From positions 50,840,001 to 50,904,000 of the forward strand of contig NC_043004.1 in the NCBI RefSeq assembly GCF_006345805.1: DNA of 64,000 bases. Direction: 5' to 3'. Numbering within the stretch: position 1 is the stretch's first letter; each line of letters starts with the position of its first letter. Shown here piece after piece: positions 24,969 to 39,384 of this stretch. A model generated the notes under the pieces. It saw nothing but the letters and a program-made list of their open reading frames with translations, did not search any database and was not told where the DNA came from. A program made the position numbers and the translations under genes. The DNA comes from Octopus sinensis (lineage: Eukaryota).

Positions 24969-25234
24969 ATAGTCGATGGCGTTGATCGTCCGTATTGATT
25001 ACTGTGTTAATTTAATATCGTTACTATTTTTATACCCGACGTGTACAACTCACGTCATAACACACTGTAATGTTAATTCTTTCTTTCTTTTTTTTTTTTT
25101 TGCTGTGTGCTATTCGAATTTTGTGCTTTAGCATTCAGACTACTTGATCAAATGTAATGCTTATTTGTACACATTGTGTTGTATTAATCCTGCTTTATAT
25201 TGTATCTATGAGATTTTAATGATGTGACTCTTTA

Positions 25235-25636
25235 CTCTTTTACTCTTTTACGTGTTTCAGTCATTTGACTGCGGCCATGCTGGAGCACCGCCTTTAGTCG
25301 AGCAACTCGACCCCGGGACTTATTCTTTGTAAGCCTAGTACTTATTCTATAGGTCTCTTTTTGCCGAACCGCTAAGTGACGGGGACATAAACACACCAGC
25401 ATCGGTTGTCAAGCAATGCTAGGGGGACAGTCACAGACACACAAACATACACGCACACATATATATATATATACATATATACGACGGGCTTCTTTCAGTT
25501 TCCGTCTACCAAATCCACTCACAAGGCTTTGGTCGGCCCGAGGCTATAGCAGAAGACAATTGCCCAAGGTGCCACGCAGTGGGACTGAACCCGGAACCAT
25601 GTGGTTGGTAGGCAAGCTACTTACCACACAGCCACT
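25235..25636 (-). mobile_element. SINE family A, full copy (others at 35205-35652 and 51505-51915, both minus)
   Basis: Reverse complement of 9426-9839. Confidence 0.9.
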
Positions 25637-25979
25637 GTTTATTTTTAGAATGATATTGTAGGGAACGTGTAAGAAGCCAGATATGACCAGTGTAAACGTA
25701 ACATAGGTATAATATCTGGGCCTGGTATGGCGTGTTTGAATGCTAAAGGGTCAAATAGTATTTGAGAGAGAAATCTCTGACTGTGATTATGTATTGCTGG
25801 TACGTAGACAACGCAAATTTTGCGACTGGAAGGAAATCTCACAAAAATGTACACGGGAATCAGAAGAGAGCATCATGTGGAGCATTCAGTTCATAACTAA
25901 TTTCATTAGAATATCAAGATGACAACGATTTGTCCGTTCAAATATTCAAAATAATCAGGAGCGTAGCCAGGTTCGAAAT

Positions 25980-26281
25980 CAATGGTCCTCAACCGTTTCT
26001 TATCCATGGACTCCTTAGATTATTATTTAACTTTGGTGGACCCCATCACCACTCGAAGTTTAAAAATGTATTTTATAGATACTTCTTTCAAAATTCCTGT
26101 TTTGCATTTCGTACATTAACTTGTGTAGGTTGAATTATGTAAAATGTTTGAGAAAGAAATCTTGCTATTTCTTGGAATGGATACATCAAAAGCTACCCCA
26201 CTCCAAAAAAAAAAAAAAAAAAAAAAAAGAAATCTTATATGGACCCCCAGGAGTCATACGGACCCCGGTTGAAAACTAGTG
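25980..26281. mobile_element. Degenerate hAT (Charlie-like) MITE
   Basis: CAATGGTCCTCAACCG at left and CGGTTGAAAACTAGTG at right resemble Charlie-type TIRs; GGACCCC subterminal motifs; no clear TSD. Confidence 0.45.
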
Positions 26282-28831
26282 TTCAACAGTTAGGGGAGCA
26301 AGCACGTAAAAAAGGCGTCGTGATACATACCAAACAATTTTTAATTCATTGATCATATATTTTATAAAAGGCCCCAATTTTGAAAAGATGTGCTCGCGAG
26401 TAACCGCAGTTGCCCTTGATCTCCTAATAATAGATCTCGCGTTCAAGATATCGAACTCTAATGGGGAAACCATAGGTAATAAAATACAACTCGTCTACTT
26501 GCATTATATGAAACCCATGGTCCGCTGAGGTTTCTCTGTAACAGAGTGTATATAAATAAACACCCTGAGAGCAAATCTTGTGAGAGTGTTGAACTAGGTA
26601 TCTGTAGCATGTATCAACTCTGTGAATTACAAAAGTATATTCAAGATCTCGTCCACCGCATGCGATCCTTCGGATCAGAATCAGAACACAAAAGAAGCAA
26701 GGAAAAGTCTGAAACTGTTACCCACAAGTGAAGCATGTGCGCTAGGCATCAGAATAAATCCAGCATCAGATTACAATACATATTCTTATACTCTTATACT
26801 TGTTTCAGTCATTTGACTGCGGCCATGCTGGAGCACCGCCCTGAAGGTATTTAGTCGAACAAATCAACCTCAGGACTTATTTTTCAAGCCTAGTACGTAT
26901 TCTATCGGTCCTTTTTTGCCGAACAGCAAAGTTACAGAGACATAAACACACCAACAGACAGTGATGGAAGGGACAAACACAGACACAAAGACACATACAC
27001 ATAAATATACACACGCACACGCATACACGCACACACACACAAACACAGACACAAACACACATATACTTTTATTCTTTTACGTGTTTCAGTCATTTGACTG
27101 CGGCCATACTGGAGTACCGCCTTTAGTTGAGCAAATTGACCCCAGGGCTTATTCTCTGCAAGCCTAGTACTTATTGCATCGGTCTATTTTGCCGAACCGC
27201 TAAGTTACGGGGGACATAAACACACCAACATCGGATGTCAAGCGACGGTGGGGGGACAAACACAGACTGACCGCTAACTCCACAAGTTTTTTTTATTCTC
27301 TCTCTGTTTATTTCCTCGTGTTCCTTTCTGTTGAAGAGCGTAGGCTCGAAACGTAAAAGACTTTCTCACCTTCCCGAGCGTTAAACTAATACACTTGTTT
27401 GTTGTTTATACACCTGTCTTCGTCTTTTGTTTTTCTGTAAATTTCAACTATATATAAGATGGGCTTCTTTCAGTTTCCATTTACCAAATCCACTCACAAG
27501 GGTTTGGTCGTCCCGAGGCTATAGTAAAAGACACCTGCCCAAGATGCCACGCAGTGGGACTGAACTCGGAACCATGTGGTTTGGAAACAAGCTTTATCAG
27601 TCGGATATACCGATTCTATCTTCAAAAGAAACCCGTCAGTAAAATTTGTTACGTCTCATTAAAGATGTGGTAAACCGCATAGAGATGCATATTCTTTCTA
27701 CTTTTGGCACAAGACCCGAAATTTGGGAGGAGGGGGGCCACTTGATTATATCGACCACAGTGCTTAACTGGTACTTAATTTATCGACCCCAAAAGGATGA
27801 AAGGCAAAGTCGACCTCGGCGGAATTTGAACTCAGAAGGTAACGGCAGACGAAATGCCGCTAAGCATTTCGCCCGGCATGCTAACGTTTCTGCCATCATG
27901 CCGCCTTTGGCTTGCTTACGTTTCTGCCAGCTCGACGCCTTTATGTGTAGAAGAATATTGCAGGAATTCTGACATAGCTTATTTTAGAAGCCAGCCTGCA
28001 ATTTAGGTGAAAAACTAGAAGATCGTTGGTGTGAATATAACGAAAAAAAAAAGGAGAAAAAAAGAAAGAAAGAAAAGGAAACAACGGTAGTAGTCAACCT
28101 ATATACTAAAGATAGACATGGCGGTTCGATAGACAACACTGTGGTAAAAATTATTTCATTGCACTTAGACTATGCAACACTTAGACAAGTTATAGATGTT
28201 ATGCGCACACTAGAGCAGAAAGCTAACCTATTTCTTTACTACCCACAAGGAGCTAAACACAGAGAGGACAGACAGACGGATTAAGTCGATTATATCGACC
28301 CCAGTGCGTAACTGGTACTTAATTTATCGACCCCGAAAGGATGAAAGGCAAAGTCGACCTCGGCGGAATTTGAACTCAGAACGTAACGGTAGACGAAATA
28401 CGGCTACGCATTTCGCCCGGGGTGCTAACGTTTCTGCCAGCTCGCCGCCTTAGCGGAAAGCTAACCTACTACATTCATCCAGCTGAAAAATAGAAAATGA
28501 AATGACAATAATTCTATGCGACCACGATCCAGATAAATTAGCTCTAATAGAACGATGAGAACATATAACTATAAACAACAACGCCACGATGGAAATTAAC
28601 ATAATTTAATAGAACATAGTTATAATATAGAAAAAGCAAATATCAGAATGACACGTCTTTATGTATATGGATATTTATATACCTGTCGACGTGTATTTAT
28701 ACATACATAAAGGAGTACATGTGTGTGTGTGTATGTATGTGTATGTGTTTGTATACATAAATTACATACATACACAAACACACTCACACACGCATATATT
28801 TGGAGCTACATGTATGCACATGCGCAAGTTT

Positions 28832-28903
<72 letters not shown>

Positions 28904-28975
28904 GCGCGCGTGCGTGTCCAAAGATGAATATGGTATTTATGAGACGCAGGCACGAAGCCAAGTAGTTGAAAGCCG

Positions 28976-29036
28976 GTATGTATGTATGTATGTATGTATG
29001 TATGTATGTATGTATGTATGTATGTATGTATGTATG

Positions 29037-29068
<32 letters not shown>

Positions 29069-29082
29069 TGTATGTATGTATG

Positions 29083-29114
<32 letters not shown>

Positions 29115-29196
29115 TGTATGTATGTATGTGTATGTATGTATGTATGTATGTATGTGTGTGTGTGTATGTATGTATGTATGTATGTATGTATGTATG

Positions 29197-29228
<32 letters not shown>

Positions 29229-29456
29229 TGTATATGTATGTATGTATGTATGTATGTATATGTATGTATGTATGTGTATGTATGTATGTATGTGTATGTA
29301 TGTATGTATGTATGTATGTATGTGTGTGTGTGTATGTATGTATGTATGTATGTATGTATGTATGTATGTATGTATGTGTGTATGTATGTATGTATGTATG
29401 TATGTATGTATGTATGTATGTATGTATGTATGTGTATGTATGTATGAATGTATGTA

Positions 29457-29487
<31 letters not shown>

Positions 29488-29576
29488 ATGTATGTATGTA
29501 TGTATGTATGTATGTGTGTGTGTGTATGTATGTATGTGTGTATGTGTGTGTGTGTGTGTTTGTGTGTGTGTGGACG

Positions 29577-29627
<51 letters not shown>
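28976..29627. repeat. Long (TATG)n/(TG)n/(TA)n microsatellite (similar arrays at 10170-10330, 21463-21675, 32990-33180, 38005-38305, 41565-42290, 54085-54250)
   Basis: Direct reading; source of the MYVC/HTYI pseudo-ORFs. Confidence 0.97.
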
Positions 29628-29629
<2 letters not shown>

Positions 29630-30396
29630 GGAAATGAGTAGACAGACAGCCGACAATTGATGAAGGGTCGTTCTTTGTGTTACTTGTTCTGTTTTCCATA
29701 TATATATATGCATATATACATAGATATATGTACATACCTAATATATATGTATATATACATCTATGCATGGGTACAGGACATCAAAAAAATGTGGACAGAA
29801 TGAGAAACGAGAACATAAAAATCAAAAACATAGAAAACGAACCTTTTTATTTTTCGAACAACGAAAAACTAACAAACAGTGAAACGAGACATGCACCAAA
29901 AAGAACATTCCCTTCATCAGTTGTTCCCTGTTTTATCTACTACGCGTTTCGAAGGTAAGGACAAGACGCGACTGCATAAAAAAAGTCCTTACCGCTAAGC
30001 AAATTAAATAAAATTTAGGATTTTTTTGCGGGGGTGAAAATGGGTACAAAAACAGGATAGTGAAAACAAAACAGTAAAAACTAACGGCGAGGGTTGTCAA
30101 GCCAAGACGATGTGAAGTAGTGAACGCTAGAAAAACGAGCTTTGAGAAAAGACAGATAAAAGCACGTCTTATCTTAAGGAAGGAAGTGGAAGAAAGAGAG
30201 AATGGTCGTTAGTCATGTGTGATCAACGAGAGAGTCAAGGAGGAAGAGCGAGAGAGAGAGAGAGAGTGGAGAACGGTGAAAGGGGAAAGGAGAAGAATAG
30301 GGAAGGGTAGGAGAGAAAAACAGAAAGGAAGAAAACAAGAGAGGGAGATAGAAAAGAGATAGAATAAGAGTGCGCATCGTGATTATTAAGATAATG

Positions 30397-30432
<36 letters not shown>

Positions 30433-30960
30433 ATATATATATAATATATATAATTTAAAAGTACAGAGTGAGATAGGGGTTATGAGTGTAACCCACTATG
30501 GGATATCAGTTATCCAATATACTGCCAGTGAAGTACCCAAAAAGCTAATACATAAATGCTTACAATTGCAATGCAGTTAGTTCATTTATCGTATTAGATG
30601 GGCGAAGGTAAAATGTTTTACCCCAAATTCATAATACAAAATAAGAAAATGGAGGAATAGATTCCTTTCAATCATCAACTTACAGATAATACCAATTCAT
30701 ATAATTTATTAACTAATTAAATAGGAACATCCAAATCCAACAGAATAAAACAATATACATCAATAAGTAAGATAATACCATAAAAATAATACATATAAAA
30801 TGGATCTTACAGCTGTTTCAGCCTGTAGATAAAGGTATCTCATTGTGCCTATATTAGTCAGATGTATTGAGGTAATATGCAGTTAAAAATGAGTTATATA
30901 TATATATATATATATAATATATATATATATATATTATATATATCAAGACCTCGTCAGAGA

Positions 30961-31390
30961 TTATAAAGTACAATTATGAAGATATAAAATGCAAATATAT
31001 ACATGTTCCATACCTCTACCTGACCAGTTTTGCTTAGGTAGTTTCTGCACCTCCCGTATTGAGACTTCGTCTTCTTCTAAACCTGCCAGGACGGCCGCCA
31101 CTAACCAGGAAATGGATATTTCTGGTGGCACATTCACCCCCCTAATCTTAGCAAGACGATGGCCGCGATAGCTGGGGATTATGAAAAAGTTGTCATTCTT
31201 CAAAGTGGTTCTGGAATTACATTTGGCTTCTACTTCCGTCACAAATCTCACCTGAATGGTTCCATATTTCTTTCCTCGGGTGATGTGTGTCTTCTGTTCC
31301 CACACGCACCCAAGGTATTTTTATACTTCGCTCTCGAGAGCATTTCCCACCCGCTGAGACTTGACTTCGATGCAGCGGCATGTGACCGTG
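30961..31390 (-). mobile_element. Probable LINE ORF1 (RRM-like) fragment
   Basis: Non-repetitive frame GKKYGTIQVRFVTEVEAK...FFIIPSYRGHRLAKIRGVNVPPEISISWLVAAVL resembles L1/Tx1-type ORF1 segments; by-eye similarity only. Confidence 0.4.
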
Positions 31391-33547
31391 CATCATGCGA
31401 TATCTTCTATCACGTCCGATGGAGCTACACTTCTCTCATCTCTGTTGCTGTTGTTGTTCTCTTTGAATAATAATAATGTTTTGTCTTGATATAAAAGATG
31501 GGCTACAACAAATATTCTGCTCAATACCACAGTTTTGCTTGTCAGTTGTTTGACCATAATCAGTTGAGCATGTCCTTTAGTGGCTGACGATATGTGCATC
31601 TCTGATCACTAGAAGAAGTAGTGGGAGAGCATCCTAACATCATGTCCTGAGAGGTTTGAATAATTCACCTCCGGAAATAGGTGTTTCATTCAACAGCCTT
31701 AAACAACCCTTATTCGGGGCGTTTTGAGCGGGATGGGCTACTTGACCTGAAGAAATTCTAATTGGGCCCTATATGCAAGCTCATGAACTGTTACTCTTGA
31801 TATGAGATTACCATGTCGCGCACATATGGTTGTGATGTATGTGCCTGGTGTACCCTTATTGGACGGGTAGTCATAATGGGTGTATTTGACTTCGTATATT
31901 TTACCTAAGTGTCACTTTGATGGCATGCGCTGCTCTCTCACTCAATAATAATAACAGCTTTGAATTTAGGCACATGACCGGCGATTTTGAGTTTGGCATG
32001 TATTTAAAATCTTTTAGTCAGAAAAAAAGGCAGTACCCATGACCTTTTAAAGGGCCTCCGAGAATTGAGGGAGTGAAGGAAAGAGGAAAGTTTCCTCAAA
32101 CTGGTAACATAGCTCGAGTGCTAGCAACAGAGTGGTCTCCGTTCAAAGGCACCCAAGGGGCAGTCGTAGTGTTAAACTGGACGACGAATAAAGTCTAATT
32201 CAGGACTATTGAACACGGTATTCATTCAGAGCTAAATAAATTGATAGAGAGTAAGAGAGAGCTAGAGTGAAGGAGGAGGAGGAACAAAAAGAGAGGGGGG
32301 AAAGAGAGTTAAGGTGTGTTATGCAAAAGTCTGCCTCCGGTTTAGTTCTAAATACAGACAGAATGATAAGAGATGGATATAGATTTTGTTGAAAATAGAT
32401 GAATGTAGTATCCCAGCATGGCCGCAGTTCAGTGACTGAAACAAGTAAACAATTAAAAAAACAGGAATGTCCTCGAATATTCTGGAAATATCGATCTTTT
32501 GTCATTGGTCTGCACTGGCTGTTTAAAACTTGTTTGTACTTTGTCGAAGAAGCTGTATGTGCGCGCGCACATGTGTGTGTGTGTGTGAGTGTGTGTGTAT
32601 ATGTGTGCATGTGTGTAAGTTTCCGTCTATATATGGATGCGATTGTACATGTGTGTGTGTGTGTGTGTATGTGTGCATGTGTGTAAGTGTGCGTCTGTAT
32701 ATGGATGCGATTGTACATGTGTGTGTATGTAAAAATGTGTGTGCATTCGCGTGGGGATGGGCGCTTTTGTATGTTAGAGTTTATATATGCGTGTGAGTGA
32801 ACGCGTAAGTTTAAAGATGTGTGTGTATGTGTGTGTGTGCATAAGTGCAGATGTGTGTGTGTGTATGTATGTGAGAGTATTTATGTGTATCGATGTGTGT
32901 GTAGTATGCGTGATAGTGTGTCTATGTCTGTGTACATTTATATACAGCTTTCTATGCACGTTTGTATGTGAGAGAATTCGTGTTATATGTATGTATATGT
33001 GTATGTATGTATGTATGTATGTATGCATGTATGTATGTATGTATGTGTGTATGTATGTGTGTATGTATGTATGTGTGTATGTATGTATGTGTGTATGTAT
33101 GTATGTATGTATGGTTGGATGTATGGATGGATGGATGGATGGATGGATGGATGGATGGATGGATGGATGGATGGATGGATGTATCTATATATGTGTGCAA
33201 GTATATGCATCAATGCGTCTATGAGTGTGACTTTTTGTACTAATGTGTCTACGAGCTTGAGTGATTCTCGATAAATCGATAGCTGATTCAATATCGATTA
33301 CTTTGGCCCACAAGCCACTAGCTTTCAGCAGGTTATCAACAGCTTTCGAATAAACATACATAAAACGTATGTACAGAAGAACATATATGCACAGATATGC
33401 ATGAACACACATATACATACATACATACATACATACATACATAGACAGACAGATTAAACACATAAATGTGAAACAAGGTGGAAAAAAGAGTACACAAATA
33501 CCAGTGGTAGAGTAATATGCTTTATTTAAAGCAGCAGAAAATTCAAC

Positions 33548-33595
33548 AAAATCTGTTACTCTGAGTTTCTCGTTGCCGTTCATCAGACAGTTTTT
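33548..33595 (-). ncRNA. Hammerhead-ribozyme-like motif (type I, non-canonical stem II closure)
   Basis: Minus strand AAAAACTGT-CTGATGA-ACGGCAACGA-GAAA-CTCAGAG-TA|ACAGATTTT. Confidence 0.55.
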
Positions 33596-34501
33596 GTTAG
33601 AATGGAACCGATATATCAATTCAATCCAGACTCTTACAAACGCTACACCTTTAAAAAATGGACTTGTTTGATTGGCCCTTTAGAAATAACGATCAATCTT
33701 CGAGCGATAAACAAAAAATGAGCTCAAAAATATATATGTATATATATATAAAAAAATTATAAAAATTATAAAATTCGAGGAAATAACCTTACATTGAATA
33801 AAATACATATTGACGTTAATGAAGGAAATATAATTAATACATAGAAATTAAAATGCATTATAAATATTACACTGCAATACATATTCATATTAAAGTGTAC
33901 ATATATAGATCAACATACACAGAAGGATGCGTGCAAACGCCATACATATACAGACGTATAAATATAAATCTAAAATATACACACAAATGCATGCATACAT
34001 ATGTATACGCAATCTATCTCGCACGCAATTTAAAATCATGGATGCTAATGTAGCGTTCCTTAAAGTAAGTGAGGGGGACGTAAAGTTATATGCACCAGTA
34101 TCAGTTAGAGAAAAAACGAAAGAAAGGAAGAGAGAGAAAAGGAACGAAGAAAGGGGAAGGAAAAAAGAAAAAGGAGAGGTGGGGAAAAAACGAAATAAGA
34201 AAAATTATGTATACAAGCTATGTAACCACGTTATTGACATATATATAGAGACAAGTATACAAACACACAAGTTCAAATGGATACATACACATACAGTCGT
34301 GTATGTGTGTGCTTAAGCACAAAAAATCTGCATAGCGCGAAACAAATCCATCGTCGCGTTTACATACTAGTCCAAGAGTCAAAATCAAAATTTCAAAAAT
34401 CAAAAATACAAAATATATACTCTATCCATATGGTATATTTATATTTGACATTTTAAATTTGGTTGCGTGTCTACATAAGTTCATCAGCTTACTTCTTTGA
34501 T

Positions 34502-34610
<109 letters not shown>

Positions 34611-35171
34611 GGAGAGATATATAACTAAATAGATATAGAACTAAACAGACAAATATATAAACAAATAGATAGATAGACAGATGGAAATCCCGCAAATAAA
34701 GCGAGTAATATTATGAAGCAAATAGGAGTCAAACAAGTAATACATGAAAATGGTCAAACACAAGTGAGGGAAGAAAGCGTAAAAATATGAAGTGAAATAT
34801 AAGTAATAGAATAATGTGTACAATGAAAAAACTAGAAAAGAGTAAAATATTATGAGTTATACTCTTTATCAAAGAGAGGGGGGAAAAGGGGTTAGGTAAC
34901 ATCTTTAGGTCTGTCATGATTCCTAGGATGCATAGGGCCAAAGCTTAACACAATTTCCATGGCGTATAGGTCACTGAGATTACAACACTCCCACTTTCCG
35001 AACGTGTCATTGGTCTCTCGCAGGGTTATTTCGATGTCTGTTTACATTGCAGGCCTAGTATAAGAAGAGCTTGTAAGAACATAAGGTAAATTGAAGCAGC
35101 TCCTGTCAGCACAACAATAAAGATTCTTCTTGTAGTGTGTTTCAGCTATATTTGTAGTTTTGCATTCGTTG

Positions 35172-35211
<40 letters not shown>

Positions 35212-35438
35212 TCTTTTACTCTTTTACTTGTTTCAGTCATTTGACTGCGGCCATGCTGGAGCACCGCCTTTAGTCGAGCAAATCGAGCCCGGGACTTATT
35301 CTTTGTAAGCCCAGTACTTATTCTATCGGTCTCTTTTGCCGAACCGCTAAATGACGGGGACGTAAACACACCAGCATCGGTTGTCAAGCAATGCTAGGGG
35401 GACAAACACAGACACACAAACACAGACACACAAACACA

Positions 35439-35485
<47 letters not shown>

Positions 35486-36589
35486 TACGACAGGCTTCTT
35501 TCAGTTTCCGTCTACCAAATCCACTCACAAGGCATTGGTCGGCCCGGGGCTATAGCAGAAGACACTTGCCCAAGATGCCACGCAATGGGACTGAACCCAG
35601 AAGCATGTGGTTGGTTAGCAAGCTACTTACCACACAGCCACTCCTGCGCCTATTTATTTGTTTAAAATATTCAGATTATCTTGCAAATACCGTTTAGTAA
35701 CTTAATGTTTGTTGCGTGCGCATGTCAATATGTAGGAGCCTTTATGCATCATTGTTTAGTTTATATGTGTTTGTGTGTGTGTGTGAGAATGTGTGCGTGC
35801 GTGTGTGTCTGTGTGTGCGTGTCTGTGTGCGCGCGCGTGTGTGTGTGTATGCGTGTGTGTCTGTATGTTTGTCCCTCACCGACGCTTGACAGCCGGTGTT
35901 GGTGTGCTTACATCCTCATAACTTACCGGTTCGGCAAAAGAGACAGATAGAATTAGTATCAAGCTTTAAAAAGGAATGGACGAGTCTAGAACATGTTCTC
36001 CCCTTGGACAATACCCCACTCAGGACAACTACCCGTGAGGACAACAGATGATAATTTAAAAGTTCATAATACATTGGAGAGGGTTTAATTAACCAAGGGA
36101 GTAATTGTCCTGATACAGAGTGGACTGGAGCAACGTGAAATAAAATGTCTTGCTCAAGGACTCAACGCGTCACCGGCAATTGAAGTCACAACCTTACCAT
36201 CGCGAACCGAATAACCCAATCACTAAGTCACGCGTCTTCACATAATTAACATATTATAGTAATAATTATATTATATATGGTAATGTTTATTAAAATAAAA
36301 TGAGACTTTTTCAGGCACAGGGAAGTCATTAACTCGCAATGTATGAAGTAAATTTACGACTTTGTCGTCATGAATTTCTTTTTATCGCTTCTCTTTTAAA
36401 AACTTATGCATAGACGCAGGAGTGGCTGTGTGGTAAGTAGCTCGCTTACCAACCACCACATGGTTCCGGGTTCAGCCCCACAGCATGGCACCTTGGGCAA
36501 GTGTATTCTACTATAGCCTCGGGCCGACCAAAGCCTTGTGAGTGGATTTGGTAGACGGAAATTGAAGCCCGTCGTAAATATATATATAT

Positions 36590-36900
36590 ATATATATATA
36601 AGAATGAATGTTTTTATATATAATGAACGTGAAATACAGGAAGGGACGAACACGGAACACAGACAAATCATTCGAAGCCTTCAATCTTCAGTCAGACACC
36701 GAATCATCATAGCAAATTTCGGCTGTTCAATTCTGATATTTGCTCCAACTCGGCCAGCCCCAAGAAAAAAAACTAAGCTGTAAGCATTAGATTTCTTGGT
36801 AGAAGACAGGAATGTGAACGCACAAGACGGATGTGAATACAAGAGACGAAAACGAAATTGAAAACAGTAATGAAAAAACAAAACATATATAACGGTGGTT
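36590..36900 (-). repeat. Unclassified repeat inserted in the central microsatellite of a family A SINE; homolog on the plus strand at ~40525-40830
   Basis: Shared GGAGCAA...CAGCCGAAATT...GATGAT(T/C)CGGT...GACTGA(A/T)GA...GGCTTCGAATG core. Confidence 0.55.
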
Positions 36901-36912
36901 GTCATACGACTT

Positions 36913-36963
<51 letters not shown>

Positions 36964-38372
36964 CACCCCACCCCCAACATCGCTTGACAACCGATGCTGG
37001 TCTGTTTACGTCCTCATAACTTAGAGGTTCGACAAAAGAGTTCCGATAGAATAAGTACTAGGCTTACAAAGAGTAAGTCCTGGGGTCGATTTGCTCGACT
37101 AAAGGCGGTGCTCCAGCATGGTCGCAGTCAAATGACTGAAACAAGTAAAAGAGTAAAAGGGTAAACCATTTTTGGAGTAAAATTTATAAATCCTTACCCA
37201 TGTTTAGTTTAATCGGAATACCTCACTTACCACTTAAGTGGGGCACTAAGCATAAAAACTACTTAGAAGAGAGCGATACAATAGAAAAAAGGGTCAAGAA
37301 CCACAAACCTAACGGAATTGAATGATATTTATAATTCTTCTTTTATATACTGTATATCTCAACTGTAACTGAAATGTGTGTGCGTGCGTGTGTGTGTGTG
37401 TGTGTGTGTGTGAGTGAGTGTGTGTGTCAGTATGTGTGTGTCAGTATGTGTGAGGCGACGAGCTGGCAGAACCGTTAGCACCCCGGGCGAAATGCTTAGC
37501 AGTATTTTGTCTGCCGTTACGTTCTGAGTTCAAATTCCGCCAAGGTCGACTTTGCCTTTCATCCTTTCGGGGTCGATTAAATAAGTACCAGTTACGCACT
37601 GGGTCCATGTAATCGACTTAATCTGTTTGTCTCCTCTGTGTTTAGCCCCTTGTGGGTAGTAAAGAAATAAGTATGTGTGAGTATGTGTGTGTGTGTATGT
37701 GAGAGTGTGTGTGAGTGCACGTGTGTGTGAGTGAGTATGTGTTTGTGTGTGAGTATGTGTGAGTGTGTGTGTGTGTCTGTGTAACTATACAGAATATACA
37801 AGGAACTTTCATCAACTGACGTAATATAAATAGGTATGTACTTTGAGAGCTCAGTTGTATAATTATGTATGAAATATTTAATAATTTTTCTTTTATATAT
37901 AGTATATCTATCTCAACTGTATTCGAATTGTGTATGTGTGTTCGTGTTTGTATGTATAAGTATATAGATATGCATACATGCATGTGTGTATGCGCGCGCT
38001 TGCATATGTATGTATGTATGTATGTACGTACGTATGTATGTATGTATGTACGTACGTATGTATGTATGTATGTATGTATGTATGTATGTATGTATGTATG
38101 TATGTATGTATGTATGTATGTACGTATGTATGTATGTATGTACGTACGTATGTATGTATGTATGTATGTATGTATGTATGTATGTATGTATGTATGTATG
38201 TATGTATGTATGTACGTATGTATGTATGTATGTATGTATGTGTGTGTGTGTGTACGTATGTATGTATGTATATATGTATGTATGTATGTACGTATGTATG
38301 TATGTATATACAAACGAGAATCTTATATTAAAAAATATAAATTTATAACAGTTCTTTCCTTCTGTAAGCATG

Positions 38373-38417
<45 letters not shown>

Positions 38418-39136
38418 CCGTGCACGCACACACCCAGTCGCGTGCAAACACGCCTCACACACAGTGTTAAATATTTTCTCCTCATAAATTCCATATAACA
38501 CTTAACATATTTTAAGCATAAAAACATTATAAAAGTCAATCCCTTTACAAAATACCCTGAACTATCTTAAGCTATTGTTTTCAATTTTGACCTTATTACG
38601 ACCTTTCTCCAATAAACCTTCTCATTCCCACCATTTTTTTCATCCTCCGCTCCATTCTCTCCCCACTTTTCCCTATCACCAGTCCTTCTATTGACCTATT
38701 TGTTAAACCAATTTCTTGATCTTTAACCATTTACTTAAATTACTACCTCAAATGAAATGTGATGTATAGTACATATACTGCTAGTGGGGAAATGAATCGC
38801 TGCTGTCTCCACCGGTCGAGCGTCTATCACTGACAAGACCAACGAAGGTCGAAATCATGTGATCTGGTGGTCTTGGTGCTGGAGGAAGCGGAGATTTGTC
38901 TCCCTGCTAGCGATATAAACAAGGGCACATTTTGCACCAAGAGTTTCTGTCATAGTAACTACCACAGTATACTTTGTTCTAAGAGAACATCCACGTTGAA
39001 GTGGGGATAAATATTACCTTAAAGTATATGCACTGTCAATAGGCCAGTTCTTGCAGTATTTGTCCTGGGATATCATTACTTGTGGACTTGCTACATTAGA
39101 AACACAATATCGGAGGGAGGGAGGGAGGGAGGGAGG

Positions 39137-39209
<73 letters not shown>

Positions 39210-39384
39210 GACGAGACTTGGAAACAGCTTGCTTGTTCAAATGCAGTCGGTCGAAGACACCCCCGCCCCGCATACGAGAAGAGATTAAAAGTTCCAGGAC
39301 TCACCAGGAGAAAATGTGCACCATTTCGGAGTGGACTTCCTCTCGACGGCTTTACAGTGCACCAGTTCCGCTTCCCCCGCTTCC

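Noticed and set aside
26290-26790. Possible plus-strand exons (acceptor at 26544, frame VYINKHPESK...)
   Set aside because: Splice phases do not join into a long frame. The minus strand reads YY*EIKG..TAV.TR, resembling a decayed Penelope-type RT motif, so a TE relic is more likely; unresolved by eye.
28723-29768. Long ORFs of MYVC/HTYI/IYIY type here and at 10062-10390, 13244-13746, 21425-21895, 37642-38539, 41428-42413, 54025-54465
   Set aside because: Translations of stop-free (TATG)n, (TG)n and (TA)n microsatellites; not genes.
30800-30870. GAAACAGCTGTA palindrome on the minus strand resembling a hammerhead stem III
   Set aside because: Upstream core reads CTGACTAA and stems I/II do not register properly.
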